This document shows, piece after piece, positions 1 through 9,851 of a stretch of 64,000 nucleotides of DNA. The position numbers and the translations under genes were made by a program. The DNA comes from a virus (Duplodnaviria; Caudoviricetes). Position 1 is the first letter of the stretch, and the number at the start of each line of letters is the position of its first letter. The notes beneath the pieces are model-generated. The model was not told the origin of the DNA and made no database searches. It was given only the letters and a program-made list of their open reading frames with translations. The stretch lies in the IMG/VR virus record IMGVR_UViG_3300013368_000005, positions 64,001-128,000 of that record. One strand, written 5' to 3'.

Positions 1-2
1 AT

Positions 3-257
3 AATAAAGACGATATCGAATTAATTGTAGAATCTAAGGAATTATTGAATATAGGTTATTCTAAGGCAGGATTCATTAATAGATATGAAACAAATTATGA
101 AAATTACAATTTTAATAAGTGCGATTTTTTAAGAAAAGAAACAATTATTCAATCTGAAAATAAGAAGCATGTATTATTAAATAAGGTTTGTAATAAAATA
201 AATGGAATGATTAGTAATGTATATGAATTAGTTTTCTATGTTCCTACAAATTATTAA
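3..257 (+). CDS. hypothetical protein (5'-truncated by window edge)
   Basis: The frame of ORF 45..257 is open back to position 3; the stop is followed by the RBS of the next gene. Confidence 0.6.
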   Translation, partial: NKDDIELIVESKELLNIGYSKAGFINRYETNYENYNFNKCDFLRKETIIQSENKKHVLLNKVCNKINGMISNVYELVFYVPTNY

Positions 258-271
258 ACAAAAGAGGAGGT

Positions 272-862
272 ATGAATATGCGAGAATTACTAATCACTAT
301 TACTGAAAATGAAAGTAGTGGAGAAAATATAAATATTAATACGGAATTGGAATTTTCAGCAAATATAAGAAGGAGATATGAAGATATGAAGAACAATTGT
401 AAAAGATTTGAAGAAAATTTAGGTTCTATATATGAAGATATGAAATGTATGCTATGTGATAAACAAAGTCAATGCGATATTAAATATAGAGAAGCTTTAC
501 TCGAAAAAAGAAATAATGAGGCTTGTAGACCTTGTACAAAATGCAGAGAATTACTTCAATGTAAAAAATATAAATATGGAAAAAGATGTATAGGTCAATA
601 TGAACTATCCCATGAATATAATGAGTGTGCACGTTGTAATTGTAGATTTAACTGTATACAGTGGTCAGGCGAACAAGTATCATTTAAATGTATCAAAGAT
701 TTAATAGCAGTTAGAGATGGACAAGAATATAGATTCTTTAAAAATAAAGATTACACTTTTATCAAAATATGTAATACCTTGATTTATGAATATACTATAA
801 TTACAATAAATCAAAATAATTTAAAAGAATATCTAATTCCTATATCACAAGATTTAATATAG
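272..862 (+). CDS. Cys-rich hypothetical protein (probable Zn-binding)
   Basis: RBS AGAGGAGG; several CxxC motifs (CMLC, CRPCTKC, CARC). Confidence 0.7.
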   Translation: MNMRELLITITENESSGENININTELEFSANIRRRYEDMKNNCKRFEENLGSIYEDMKCMLCDKQSQCDIKYREALLEKRNNEACRPCTKCRELLQCKKYKYGKRCIGQYELSHEYNECARCNCRFNCIQWSGEQVSFKCIKDLIAVRDGQEYRFFKNKDYTFIKICNTLIYEYTIITINQNNLKEYLIPISQDLI

Positions 863-888
863 GTACAATAAAGAAAGAGGTATTTATT

Positions 889-1443
889 ATGGCACATAAT
901 TTAAATAATAGCATTATAATTTCTGAAGATTCAAAATTTGATAGAGGATTTATTCCAAACGATAAATTATTATTTGCAAAATGCCCTGATTGTGGTTATT
1001 TACAACAATTTGAATTAGGTCAAGGAACAATATTTAAAGATAACATATGTCCTAGTTGTAATAGTGGGGATTGTGACTATTATACAGAAGAAATATTTGA
1101 AAATACTACAGTATATTTTGTATACTCTGATTATAAGTATAAAATTAGCGAATTTACTGATATGAATAGTGATATTAAATTGACAAAAGATGTTTCAAAA
1201 TATTTAGGGGAAACATATTTTGATGCACCATGGAAACTTAATGATGATAAATTATATGATGTAGATTATTTTATAAAATTTAAATTATCATCTGATGAAT
1301 GTATTCTTATCAATAAAGAAGATACAGATATATTACTATACTTTAAATATAAAAACACTAATTTAAATAATATATATTATATTGATAAACATAATAAAAT
1401 TTGCAAATTATCTAAGATAGATGTCAGTATATCTATATCATAA
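889..1443 (+). CDS. zinc-ribbon hypothetical protein
   Basis: CPDCG...CPSC pair; RBS GAGG. Confidence 0.7.
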   Translation: MAHNLNNSIIISEDSKFDRGFIPNDKLLFAKCPDCGYLQQFELGQGTIFKDNICPSCNSGDCDYYTEEIFENTTVYFVYSDYKYKISEFTDMNSDIKLTKDVSKYLGETYFDAPWKLNDDKLYDVDYFIKFKLSSDECILINKEDTDILLYFKYKNTNLNNIYYIDKHNKICKLSKIDVSISIS

Positions 1444-1498
1444 TATAAAAATTTAAGATATATAGACCCAAAATAAAAAAAATAAAGGGGGAAATACA

Positions 1499-1825
1499 TT
1501 GTTATCAGGTAATGTAATATTAGATAAAATATATAAAGAAGCAAAAGGATTCAATGGTGCTGGAGGGTTTACAAATATTCCATCATTCGAACAATTCGAA
1601 GAAGAATTATCTGAATTTATTAAGGAATGTAAATTACCTAGACATTTAGAAGAAATAATTAATATGTCCTATACTAAACAGTATAGGACAATTAAAGATG
1701 TAATAAATGAATATAACAAAATATCATATCCTCGAGCGATGGATATACTTCGTGTTACTGGATGGACATATTATACGTATAAATCTGAGGATAATAAATT
1801 TAATGTATTAAAAGGAGAGGTATAA
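1499..1825 (+). CDS. hypothetical protein
   Basis: TTG start after AAGGGGG RBS; operonic. Confidence 0.65.
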   Translation: MLSGNVILDKIYKEAKGFNGAGGFTNIPSFEQFEEELSEFIKECKLPRHLEEIINMSYTKQYRTIKDVINEYNKISYPRAMDILRVTGWTYYTYKSEDNKFNVLKGEV

Positions 1826-1828
1826 ATA

Positions 1829-2209
1829 ATGGAAAAGAAATATACAATAAGTACAGAATATATATTTAAAGTAGATATGGGTTATGAAGAAAATGATACT
1901 ATGCAATTTATGATATCGGTTACTGAAAAGAACAAGGTTCTATTTATAATTTATATAAGTTATCCTAATATAAAACTTGAACCTTTTAATTATGATGCTT
2001 ATTATAAATATATAGCTGAATATAATTTACGAATTCATATGTATAATCATATGATATTAGAATTTGAAGACTGTACTATTTTTAAAGATATATTTAATGA
2101 TGTAGAAAATATGTGTAAAGAATTACATGAATTATCTGAAGATTATATTAATCAAAACAACTTAAATTTTAAGAATTATATTTTTAAGGAGATTAAAAAT
2201 GAAGAATAA
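1829..2209 (+). CDS. hypothetical protein
   Basis: RBS GGAGAGG; operonic. Confidence 0.7.
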   Translation: MEKKYTISTEYIFKVDMGYEENDTMQFMISVTEKNKVLFIIYISYPNIKLEPFNYDAYYKYIAEYNLRIHMYNHMILEFEDCTIFKDIFNDVENMCKELHELSEDYINQNNLNFKNYIFKEIKNEE

Positions 2210-2606
2210 TTTAATAGTACAACAAATACTAATTATCAATGAAATAGATAATTCTGGATATCAAGAAGTTAGAAATCCAATGAACAATTATGCTTTATCA
2301 TATGTAAAACATGATTGTTCAAAAGAAGATATAGAGTTTATGTTGAGCAATATACCTCTAAATGATTCATATATTTATATTATAAATAAGAATAAAAATA
2401 AAATTAAATTTGATGCATCTGATGATGCTATCACTAGAATATATGAATTTATGAATAATAATATTAATATTGAAAAACCTAAAGAAATACATTTACAATC
2501 TACACGGTTAGAGTTAATAGATTGTGATAATATTATATTTATAAATTATCATGGATTTAAAAATAATAATATAAGAACCAACTTAAATTTTAAGAATTAT
2601 ATTTTT
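2158..2606 (+). repeat. 28-bp exact direct repeat CAACTTAAATTTTAAGAATTATATTTTT (2158-2185 and 2579-2606)
   Basis: Read directly; encodes NLNFKNYIF in two adjacent ORFs. Confidence 0.85.
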
Positions 2607-2738
2607 GATGGAAGTTTTGATTTTGATGGTGATTATAATGGATTAAATATATCAGATATTATCAAATCTGCAAGTAAAATTACAAAAAAATTAGTTCCTA
2701 AAGATACATTGTATATTGAACGAGGTAAACTAAAATAG
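2199..2738 (+). CDS. hypothetical protein
   Basis: RBS AAGGAG; overlaps upstream stop; followed by terminator. Confidence 0.7.
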   Translation: MKNNLIVQQILIINEIDNSGYQEVRNPMNNYALSYVKHDCSKEDIEFMLSNIPLNDSYIYIINKNKNKIKFDASDDAITRIYEFMNNNINIEKPKEIHLQSTRLELIDCDNIIFINYHGFKNNNIRTNLNFKNYIFDGSFDFDGDYNGLNISDIIKSASKITKKLVPKDTLYIERGKLK

Positions 2739-2758
2739 TATGCTTCTATATATAGAGT

Positions 2759-2786
2759 AAAAAGGGAGTTTAAAACTCCCTTTTTT
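2759..2786 (+). terminator. intrinsic terminator
   Basis: AAAAAGGGAGTT-TAA-AACTCCCTTTTT hairpin with T-tract. Confidence 0.85.
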
Positions 2787-2849
2787 ATTTTTTACTAATA
2801 TTCCCACATTAAAATAATAATTATTTTATAATAAGGGGGAATATGGGAT

Positions 2850-3170
2850 ATGTCAAATATAAATTATTTTGAAGTAGATAAATTAGAAACAAATCCATAC
2901 TTTAGAGAAGAAGAATTAAAAAAGCACATTAACAGGTTGGCTAAGCATTTTAAAGGGAATTATTATTTAATTATTGGGATTGCTACTCATACAGAAACAG
3001 AAGAAAAAATGGTAATCTATAAAGCTTTATATGGAGAATGCAAAATGTATACAAGACCAATGAAAATGTTTTTAGAAAAATGTACTAAAGAACAACGTGA
3101 ATTATATGGACAAGAATATAGATTTGAATTTGTTAATTTAAGAGGAGTAACAAAATACGATAAAGAATGA
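2850..3170 (+). CDS. DUF1653-family protein
   Basis: Motif HFKGNYY...IATHTETEEKMVIYKALYG...YTRPMKMF...YRFE. Confidence 0.85.
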   Translation: MSNINYFEVDKLETNPYFREEELKKHINRLAKHFKGNYYLIIGIATHTETEEKMVIYKALYGECKMYTRPMKMFLEKCTKEQRELYGQEYRFEFVNLRGVTKYDKE

Positions 3171-3231
3171 TTATAAATATGAGAGTATTATATAATACTC
3201 TCATATACATATTGTAAAAGTATATATAATG

Positions 3232-3253
3232 AATTATATATTATAATAATGTA
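3232..3253 (+). promoter_or_regulatory. putative early phage promoter (AATTATATATTATA-N4-TGTA)
   Basis: One of 11 copies of the motif in intergenic positions upstream of non-structural genes. Confidence 0.7.
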
Positions 3254-3315
3254 TAAAAAGTTTGTAAGTATCTTTATATATTTAAATTTTTAAACTTACA
3301 GAAGGAGAATTAATT

Positions 3316-3753
3316 ATGAAAAAATATATGGAAAGTATAGATGCAGATATAGTTACAGGGGGAGTGAAGGTTACAACTGTAAAATTTATACCAACTATTG
3401 ATGATGACAATATTAAAAAAGAGATCATACAAAACGAAATGGAAAAATTTAATCAATATAATTATAATAAAGAAAATAATTTAAGTATATTTTTAGAACA
3501 AAATATACTTAACAATGAATTTGCAAAATTTTTATATGAAGTAGAAGATATGGAGTTTCAATTAATTAAGAATTTAGTAAAAGAAAGAAAAAAGAGATCC
3601 ATTACACAAAAAGAAATAGCTGAAAAGACGGGTTTGTCTCAGCAGGCTATATCTAGGATAGAAAAATATGGAAATAAACCTACATTAACAATTTATTTAA
3701 AATATATGTGTGCAATAGGGATTAATATTAATAATTTGTTTGAAAGAGAATAG
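3316..3753 (+). CDS. XRE-family HTH transcriptional regulator
   Basis: C-terminal RKKRSITQKEIAEKTGLSQQAISRIEKYGNKPTL. Confidence 0.9.
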   Translation: MKKYMESIDADIVTGGVKVTTVKFIPTIDDDNIKKEIIQNEMEKFNQYNYNKENNLSIFLEQNILNNEFAKFLYEVEDMEFQLIKNLVKERKKRSITQKEIAEKTGLSQQAISRIEKYGNKPTLTIYLKYMCAIGININNLFERE

Positions 3754-3859
3754 TAGGCTTCTAAATTATATACAGATCGTTTTAAATTATTAGATTGCTA
3801 AAAATATATTATAGACAATAATTAAAAATAAATTATTTTATTAAGGGAGATAATTAATA

Positions 3860-4363
3860 ATGGAAAGAATATATGAAATTATTAACAGTATTCAACAATC
3901 TTTAGGAATAACACAAACATCTGAAAAGGAAATGGATAAATTTAAGTTTGATATATATTTTCATAATGATCAAACTGATGATCAGCATTGTTTAATACGA
4001 AAAGGAAATAGGAGTTATAAAAAAGAGGAATTAAATAATGTATTAAATCGTATACTAACTCATATATATGGTTCAGGAAAATGTTATTCATATAGAATTA
4101 ATAGTTTTGATAAAAGATTAGCACAAATGGGAATTTCTAAAAAAGAGCAACAAAGAGAAAGAATTAGTATTATAACTATAGCAAGTATATTTATAATAGC
4201 TAGGGGATATCTAACACCTGAAAATGATTTATGTTCCACAATGTCATATTTAACTTATTGGTTAGATAGCACTAATATGCAACAATCTCTAAATGAAGAA
4301 AGTTCATTTTCTAAATGTGAAAAACCATGGGGTAAATATTATGGAAAAGGAAAGAATGTATGA
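3860..4363 (+). CDS. hypothetical protein (paralog of the next gene)
   Basis: RBS AAGGGAG; shares YEI.N, ITIASI..RG and WLD motifs with 4341..4796. Confidence 0.7.
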   Translation: MERIYEIINSIQQSLGITQTSEKEMDKFKFDIYFHNDQTDDQHCLIRKGNRSYKKEELNNVLNRILTHIYGSGKCYSYRINSFDKRLAQMGISKKEQQRERISIITIASIFIIARGYLTPENDLCSTMSYLTYWLDSTNMQQSLNEESSFSKCEKPWGKYYGKGKNV

Positions 4364-4796
4364 AATTGTAAATATTGTTGAAGAATCGATGGGTTTAAGA
4401 AAATCTCCAATTGAACGATTGGAAAAATCCCATATATGTAATTATTTTGACGGTATAGACAGAAATACTATGAGTATTATAATTCACGAAATAGATTCTG
4501 AATGTGAAAGGTTCATATATGATATCTTAGATAAAGTAGCTAAATACATTTATCCAGATGCAGTAATAAATTTATGTAGAAGGAAAATATTAGAGGAAAA
4601 GTTAAAAACGTTAAAAATAGATGATGATAATGTTACAGTAATAACGATAGCATCTATTTTAATATATTCACGTGGAATAAATATTAATAATGAAACATTA
4701 TATAGTGGTATATATACATTAGTAGCTCTTGTTGTTTCTATATTAAGTTTTTGGTTGGACAATGGTGAAAAAATGCCATTTGTAACAGATAAATAA
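4341..4796 (+). CDS. hypothetical protein (paralog of the previous gene)
   Basis: Start refined to MEKERMYEIV by alignment with the paralog and a GGGG RBS. Confidence 0.7.
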   Translation: MEKERMYEIVNIVEESMGLRKSPIERLEKSHICNYFDGIDRNTMSIIIHEIDSECERFIYDILDKVAKYIYPDAVINLCRRKILEEKLKTLKIDDDNVTVITIASILIYSRGININNETLYSGIYTLVALVVSILSFWLDNGEKMPFVTDK

Positions 4797-4850
4797 TAAC
4801 AAATAAAGAGAGCCAGCTCTCTTTATTTTTTTTTCTATAATATAATTTAA

Positions 4851-4872
4851 AATTATATATTATACATATGAA
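4851..4872 (+). promoter_or_regulatory. putative early phage promoter
   Basis: AATTATATATTATA-CATA-TGAA. Confidence 0.7.
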
Positions 4873-4897
4873 TAAAAATAAGGGGGATTATATTATT

Positions 4898-5314
4898 ATG
4901 AATAATATTTTACAAGATAAAGGATTATTACCAATACCAGAAACTATACACATTAATTATTCTATTTTATTAAATGAAATAGGGAAATGCGTATTTGAAG
5001 ATGCGGATAAAATAAAAAATAAAAGTATAGAAACATACGAGGCATTTTATAAATCGCATTATGAAAAAATACTTCATACAAGATTTGAATTAGAAAAACA
5101 AATTAAAGAGATAAAACCAGTAAGACCTTTTGAATGTATGTGTATGATGTATAATATTATATCAGAAGATTTACAAGAATATATTATAAATAAATTTCCA
5201 AAGGATATATTAGATGAAGATTTTTATCGTATAATAAATAATAGACAACAGGCTTATTATTTCTTTATAGATTCTATAAAATCTATGTGGAAATTAAAAG
5301 AGAAAGAATTATAA
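4898..5314 (+). CDS. hypothetical protein
   Basis: Start refined to the ATG after the AGGGGG RBS. Confidence 0.7.
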   Translation: MNNILQDKGLLPIPETIHINYSILLNEIGKCVFEDADKIKNKSIETYEAFYKSHYEKILHTRFELEKQIKEIKPVRPFECMCMMYNIISEDLQEYIINKFPKDILDEDFYRIINNRQQAYYFFIDSIKSMWKLKEKEL

Positions 5315-5435
5315 ATGATTAAATTTACGTAGTATAATATATAGAGAAAATATTGACCAAAAAGAATTATCTCAAAAAACAGGTATAAGACCAGGTACAA
5401 TATCTTCTTATTATAATAATAATTATAAGAACTGA
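5315..5435 (+). pseudogene. frameshifted/truncated Cro/C1-type HTH gene
   Basis: MIKF(T*) then, in another frame, NLRSIIYRENIDQKELSQKTGIRPGTISSYYNNNYKN*, an XRE/HTH_26-like helix-turn-helix. Confidence 0.65.
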
Positions 5436-5602
5436 TTATGATATATAAAGGATATATTATCTTCTACGCATAATAAGAAATATTTAGAATTTTGTGGAGA
5501 TGAAAATAGTAAAATACTAATACACAAAGATTCTATTGATGTTACAATTAAGGATAATAAAAGGAAATAATTCATTTCCTTTTATTTTTTTACTTGTCCA
5601 TT

Positions 5603-5614
5603 AACAAAAAAGTA
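5603..5614 (+). promoter_or_regulatory. putative late promoter AACA-N6-TA
   Basis: AACA-AAAAAG-TA about 22 nt upstream of ATG 5637. Confidence 0.6.
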
Positions 5615-5636
5615 AGTTAATAAAAGGGGTGTTAAT

Positions 5637-7184
5637 ATGATAAAGACATTAATAAAGAAAGAAAAAAATGAAAATGGAGGTGAAACATTATTTTATAATG
5701 ACGGCATGATAGAAAAAGACAAAAGTGGTAATATGACCCATGAAATTAAAATACAAAAGGAGAAAAAGGAAATTCTTCCTAATAGTGGTATATTTTTAGA
5801 ATTAGAAACTGTTATTGAAAAATGGTGGAAATATGATCAAGATAACAGACTGATTTATTATAATAGGAATAATGAATACAATGAATATAGGCAATATTTG
5901 AATGATAATGATACACAATATATTACCAAAAAAGAGAATATAAGAGAACAAACCTTAGAAATAATAAATGAAAAAAATCAATGCATCCAAAGAGAAAAAG
6001 ATGGAAAACAACATTTTTATTCTTATAATAGTAATGGAAGAATAGTAGAATATAGTACTTATAATAGCACACGCCTGGGAGCAAGAGAATTAGTTAATAT
6101 GATCAAATTAGATAATAATGGTAATATTACTTATGCATTTTATACACGTATAGTAGAGCCTACTAAATACATTAACGCATATACAGTGGAGGAAAAGGTT
6201 TATGAATGGTATAAATATGATGAAAAAAATAGAAATATTGAATATAAAACAAAGATTGAATCTTCTAATCTAGAATCAGAGAGAATATATCTAGAAGAAT
6301 ATTCTTATTATGATGATAGCAATAAAATTAGAACTGCAAAGCGTTATATTATCTTTATAAATTCTAATTTTTGTGAAAATAAACAACTTATAGAAATTGT
6401 AGATTATGATTTATATCAAAATATAATATCTAAAAAAAGTAATAATCGTATAACAACAGTTTTCGAATATTATGCAGATGATAAAAATAAATTAAAATTT
6501 AGAACCGTAACAATAGATGATAAATATAATAAAGAAACTAATACGAAATTATTAAAATATGATGAATATGATAGATTAATATATAAAGAAACAACCGAGA
6601 GTATTGAATCTTTTGAATATGAAAAAGATAAATTTGCACTCCGCCACAAAAAAATCATGTCTTTAAATGGCACAGGTCATCTAGATGAGTATTATGATGA
6701 AGAAGGAAGAATAATAAAAGAAATAAACAAAGCTTATATTATTGAATATGAATATAAAGATATAGATAATCCTAATTGCATTACTTTAAAAAAATATAAT
6801 AATATAAAAGAAAGATTTAAATATAGTAATAAAATATGTGTTTATCATACTATTCAAAAAGGAAGGAAGATAGTATATAAAGAAACATGGGCTTATGATA
6901 ACAATAATAGATTATTAAAGTATGAAAACTCAAATGGCGACTTTAAAGTATATAGATATGATCATAAAAATAGAAAAGTTTATGAGTCAGAAAATATACC
7001 TCATAAATATCGTATAACTATATATAACGATGGGAATAAACCAGAGGAGTATTATGAAAAAGATGAATATGGTTTAGTTAAGCATTATATTGGGTACAAA
7101 GAAGACTTCTCTAAATCCATTTATCAAATGAATGAAATATTTAACCAATTAGAAGAATCGTATTTAAAGAAAAGTTTAAAATAA
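5637..7184 (+). CDS. YD/RHS-like repeat protein
   Basis: Recurrent YD-x-x-G/N-R-L/I-I units (YDQDNRLI, YDEKNRNI, YDEYDRLI, YDEEGRII, YDNNNRLL). Confidence 0.7.
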   Translation: MIKTLIKKEKNENGGETLFYNDGMIEKDKSGNMTHEIKIQKEKKEILPNSGIFLELETVIEKWWKYDQDNRLIYYNRNNEYNEYRQYLNDNDTQYITKKENIREQTLEIINEKNQCIQREKDGKQHFYSYNSNGRIVEYSTYNSTRLGARELVNMIKLDNNGNITYAFYTRIVEPTKYINAYTVEEKVYEWYKYDEKNRNIEYKTKIESSNLESERIYLEEYSYYDDSNKIRTAKRYIIFINSNFCENKQLIEIVDYDLYQNIISKKSNNRITTVFEYYADDKNKLKFRTVTIDDKYNKETNTKLLKYDEYDRLIYKETTESIESFEYEKDKFALRHKKIMSLNGTGHLDEYYDEEGRIIKEINKAYIIEYEYKDIDNPNCITLKKYNNIKERFKYSNKICVYHTIQKGRKIVYKETWAYDNNNRLLKYENSNGDFKVYRYDHKNRKVYESENIPHKYRITIYNDGNKPEEYYEKDEYGLVKHYIGYKEDFSKSIYQMNEIFNQLEESYLKKSLK

Positions 7185-7210
7185 AAAAGAGAGCTTGTTG
7201 CTCTCTTTTT
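7184..7210 (+). terminator. intrinsic terminator
   Basis: AAAAAGAGAGC-TTGTT-GCTCTCTTTTT. Confidence 0.85.
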
Positions 7211-7244
7211 ATTTTTCATATAACTTCTATATAATAATAATAAT

Positions 7245-7266
7245 AGTTATATATTATAATCTTGAA
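7245..7266 (+). promoter_or_regulatory. putative early phage promoter
   Basis: AGTTATATATTATA-ATCT-TGAA. Confidence 0.7.
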
Positions 7267-7289
7267 TATTTATATAGGGGGATATAATT

Positions 7290-7505
7290 ATGGATAGAAA
7301 AACTTTTGGAAATATTGAAGAATTGTATGGATGTGGTTATTGGAATGTATGCTCAGAACATAGCTGTCCATGTGGACCTTCCGCTAGAGTAACTAGAGGA
7401 TATGATGGACGAACTTATAATGCAATGAGAGTTTCATTTGAAAAAGAAAAACAAGAACAGAATAGACTTTATAACAGTTATGAATTTGAAGAATGTGATT
7501 ATTAA
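7290..7505 (+). CDS. small Cys-containing hypothetical protein
   Basis: Has its own promoter, RBS AGGGGG and terminator; GCGYWNVCSEHSCPC motif. Confidence 0.75.
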   Translation: MDRKTFGNIEELYGCGYWNVCSEHSCPCGPSARVTRGYDGRTYNAMRVSFEKEKQEQNRLYNSYEFEECDY

Positions 7506-7539
7506 AATAACAAGGAGTTTGTGCTCCTTGTTATTTTTT
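7505..7539 (+). terminator. intrinsic terminator
   Basis: AATAACAAGGAG-TTTGTG-CTCCTTGTTATTTTT. Confidence 0.85.
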
Positions 7540-7550
7540 ATATGTTCCTT

Positions 7551-7602
7551 AACAAATAAGTAATGTACATACGTAATTACAGTTATATATTATAATATTG
7601 TA
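7551..7602 (+). promoter_or_regulatory. tandem late-type (7551-7562) and early-type (7581-7602) promoters of the RNAP beta' gene
   Basis: AACA-AATAAG-TA followed by AGTTATATATTATA-ATAT-TGTA. Confidence 0.65.
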
Positions 7603-7634
7603 ATATAATGTAAAATCGAAGGGAGATTTGATTA

Positions 7635-9197
7635 ATGGGAAATTTTAACGTAAATTTAAGTTATCCTTTTTCGCCTGATTTCTATTATGAGACAAGGCTA
7701 AAAAGAATAAATCTTGATGAGAGAAGAAAACAATCAATTATTAGTGGAAAGGGGTTTATAATCTCCAATCCTCAAAGTACTTTAAAGAAAGATATGAAAG
7801 ATCCAAATAGTATATTTTCATCTAAATTTGGACAAACATTACAAGATGTAAATCCATTTGGTGATAGATACAAATGTGAATGTGGATATTTAACGTCAAG
7901 AATAAATCATGACATAGAGTGTCCGATATGTCATAAAAAAGTAAAATATATAGATGATGATTTTGGAATATTTGGTTGGATTGTATTGAAAGATCCATAT
8001 TATATAATACATCCAAACTTATATAAATCTATGGAATATTTAATTGGTGGAGGAAAATTTGATGGTAAGAATGGAAGTAGACTTGATAATATTCTTAAAC
8101 CAGTAGAACAAAAGGACGAAGATGGTCATACAATAGGAATAGGAGGATTACCAAACGGTAAACAAATTCCAGCAGACCAACCTTTTTATGGTATTGGTAT
8201 TTTAGAATTTAAAGAAAGATTCGAAGAAATAATGGATTACTATTTAAAGAAAAATCCTAATAAGAAAGATTATTATGATGATATAATGGAAAATAAAGAT
8301 AATATATTTACTCAATCTGTCCCAGTATATACAACACATTTAAGACCTTTTAAAATAGATGGAGTGTCGTTTCATTTTGAAGGTGTAAATGCAATTTATA
8401 ATATGATTTCTAAGCTTTCATCTTATATAAATAAAGATGATCTAAAAATGTTTAGAAAAAAGAAAACAAAAAATCAACTTCTATACGATATGCATATAAA
8501 ATATTTAAAATTATATGGAGAGTTAGAAGAAGTATTAGCAGGAAAGAAAGGTACTTTAAGATCAGTGTTTGGTGGAAGATATAACTTTGCATCAAGAAAT
8601 GTTATAGTACCAAATGAAACATTAAGAATAGATGAGGTAACAATGCCATATGCAGCTATGGTAGAACTGTTACAACAAACAATAATAAATATACTTCATA
8701 AGACATATAATATAACTTATAATGATGCTTATAATATTTGGGCTAAAGCTCAATTGGTAAGGGATGATAGAGTATGGCAAATAATAGAAGGTTTAATCAA
8801 GGATTCAGGTAGGGGTATACCTGTAATTATTAATAGAAACCCAACGATTCAGTATGGTTCACTACTACAAATGTATGTAGTCGGCATAACTGACACATAT
8901 ACATTAGCGTTACCATTACAGATACTACCATTAATAGCTGGAGACTTTGATGGTGACGTATTAAACGTATTATATATTATTAATGAATCATTTAAACAAC
9001 AAGCAATAAAAATACTAAATCCAAGAAATGCAATGTATATTTCAAGGAATGATGGTAAGATGAATCCAGATGTAAATCATACTAAGGATTTATTAATAAA
9101 TGCAAATGCATTAATAAGATTGGGTAGAACAAACTATACACAAGAACAAGTTGATAGAATTAGACAATTACAGAATATGCTAAATTTAGCATCATAA
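7635..9197 (+). CDS. rpoC: phage multisubunit RNA polymerase beta' subunit, N-terminal/catalytic part
   Basis: Zn finger CECG...CPIC, GGRYNFASRNVIVP (~GKRVDYSGRSVI), NRNPTIQ (~NRAPTLH), catalytic GDFDGD; only 520 aa, so split as in phiKZ/AR9. Confidence 0.95.
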   Translation: MGNFNVNLSYPFSPDFYYETRLKRINLDERRKQSIISGKGFIISNPQSTLKKDMKDPNSIFSSKFGQTLQDVNPFGDRYKCECGYLTSRINHDIECPICHKKVKYIDDDFGIFGWIVLKDPYYIIHPNLYKSMEYLIGGGKFDGKNGSRLDNILKPVEQKDEDGHTIGIGGLPNGKQIPADQPFYGIGILEFKERFEEIMDYYLKKNPNKKDYYDDIMENKDNIFTQSVPVYTTHLRPFKIDGVSFHFEGVNAIYNMISKLSSYINKDDLKMFRKKKTKNQLLYDMHIKYLKLYGELEEVLAGKKGTLRSVFGGRYNFASRNVIVPNETLRIDEVTMPYAAMVELLQQTIINILHKTYNITYNDAYNIWAKAQLVRDDRVWQIIEGLIKDSGRGIPVIINRNPTIQYGSLLQMYVVGITDTYTLALPLQILPLIAGDFDGDVLNVLYIINESFKQQAIKILNPRNAMYISRNDGKMNPDVNHTKDLLINANALIRLGRTNYTQEQVDRIRQLQNMLNLAS

Positions 9198-9254
9198 TTA
9201 TAAAGAAGAGGTGATTCCTCTTCTTTCATTTTTATTAATAAGGAGTGTAGATAC

Positions 9255-9590
9255 ATGTTATTCGATATAGAAACTAATATAGAAGCTTCATTTTTTAAAG
9301 ATAATAAAGGAAAACAATTATTTAATGGCGAATTGCTTAAAGTTAAGTATAACAATAATAATTATCTTGGAGAGCTTATATATAATGGTAATTATTTTAC
9401 TATAAAAATATATGGTTATGATGATGGTATGCAACTATTATATGTTGAGGGTTATATAGATTTAAGACAATATTATAATATAATTGAATTCTGTACCGTC
9501 AGTGCTTTAGATTTTGTAGAGTCTTTAGGTATCAACTCTTATAATACTAATTTAGGAGCTTATCAAATTTATAATGACAATATAGGCTAA
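9255..9590 (+). CDS. hypothetical protein, YopX-like
   Basis: FKDNKGKQLFNGELLKV resembles the YopX motif LKDKNGKEIYEGDIL; RBS AAGGAG. Confidence 0.5.
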   Translation: MLFDIETNIEASFFKDNKGKQLFNGELLKVKYNNNNYLGELIYNGNYFTIKIYGYDDGMQLLYVEGYIDLRQYYNIIEFCTVSALDFVESLGINSYNTNLGAYQIYNDNIG

Positions 9591-9624
9591 ATAAAATTAA
9601 AAAATATAGAAACGATAATATAGA

Positions 9625-9828
9625 ATGGATGCTATATCATATTTAGGATTTTCTAGGGAAACAGAAAATATAATAAAAGATATAACAGAAGAAGATATAA
9701 TATTAGGATATAAGTTAGTCCCTTGTCCAGAATGTTTAGGTACTGGAGTATGGGATTTTGCACCTTATATTTCTATAGAAGAATGTGTTGTATGTAAAGG
9801 CACAGGAAAAGTATATATAAATGTATAA
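9625..9828 (+). CDS. small DnaJ-type zinc-finger protein
   Basis: Two CxxCxGxG motifs (CPECLGTG, CVVCKGTG). Confidence 0.75.
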   Translation: MDAISYLGFSRETENIIKDITEEDIILGYKLVPCPECLGTGVWDFAPYISIEECVVCKGTGKVYINV

Positions 9829-9851
9829 TAAAGGAAGAAGAGTGAAATAAA

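Noticed and set aside
5637-7184. RHS polymorphic toxin
   Set aside because: No RHS core (PxxxxDPxG) or toxin/immunity pair; only short YD-like units
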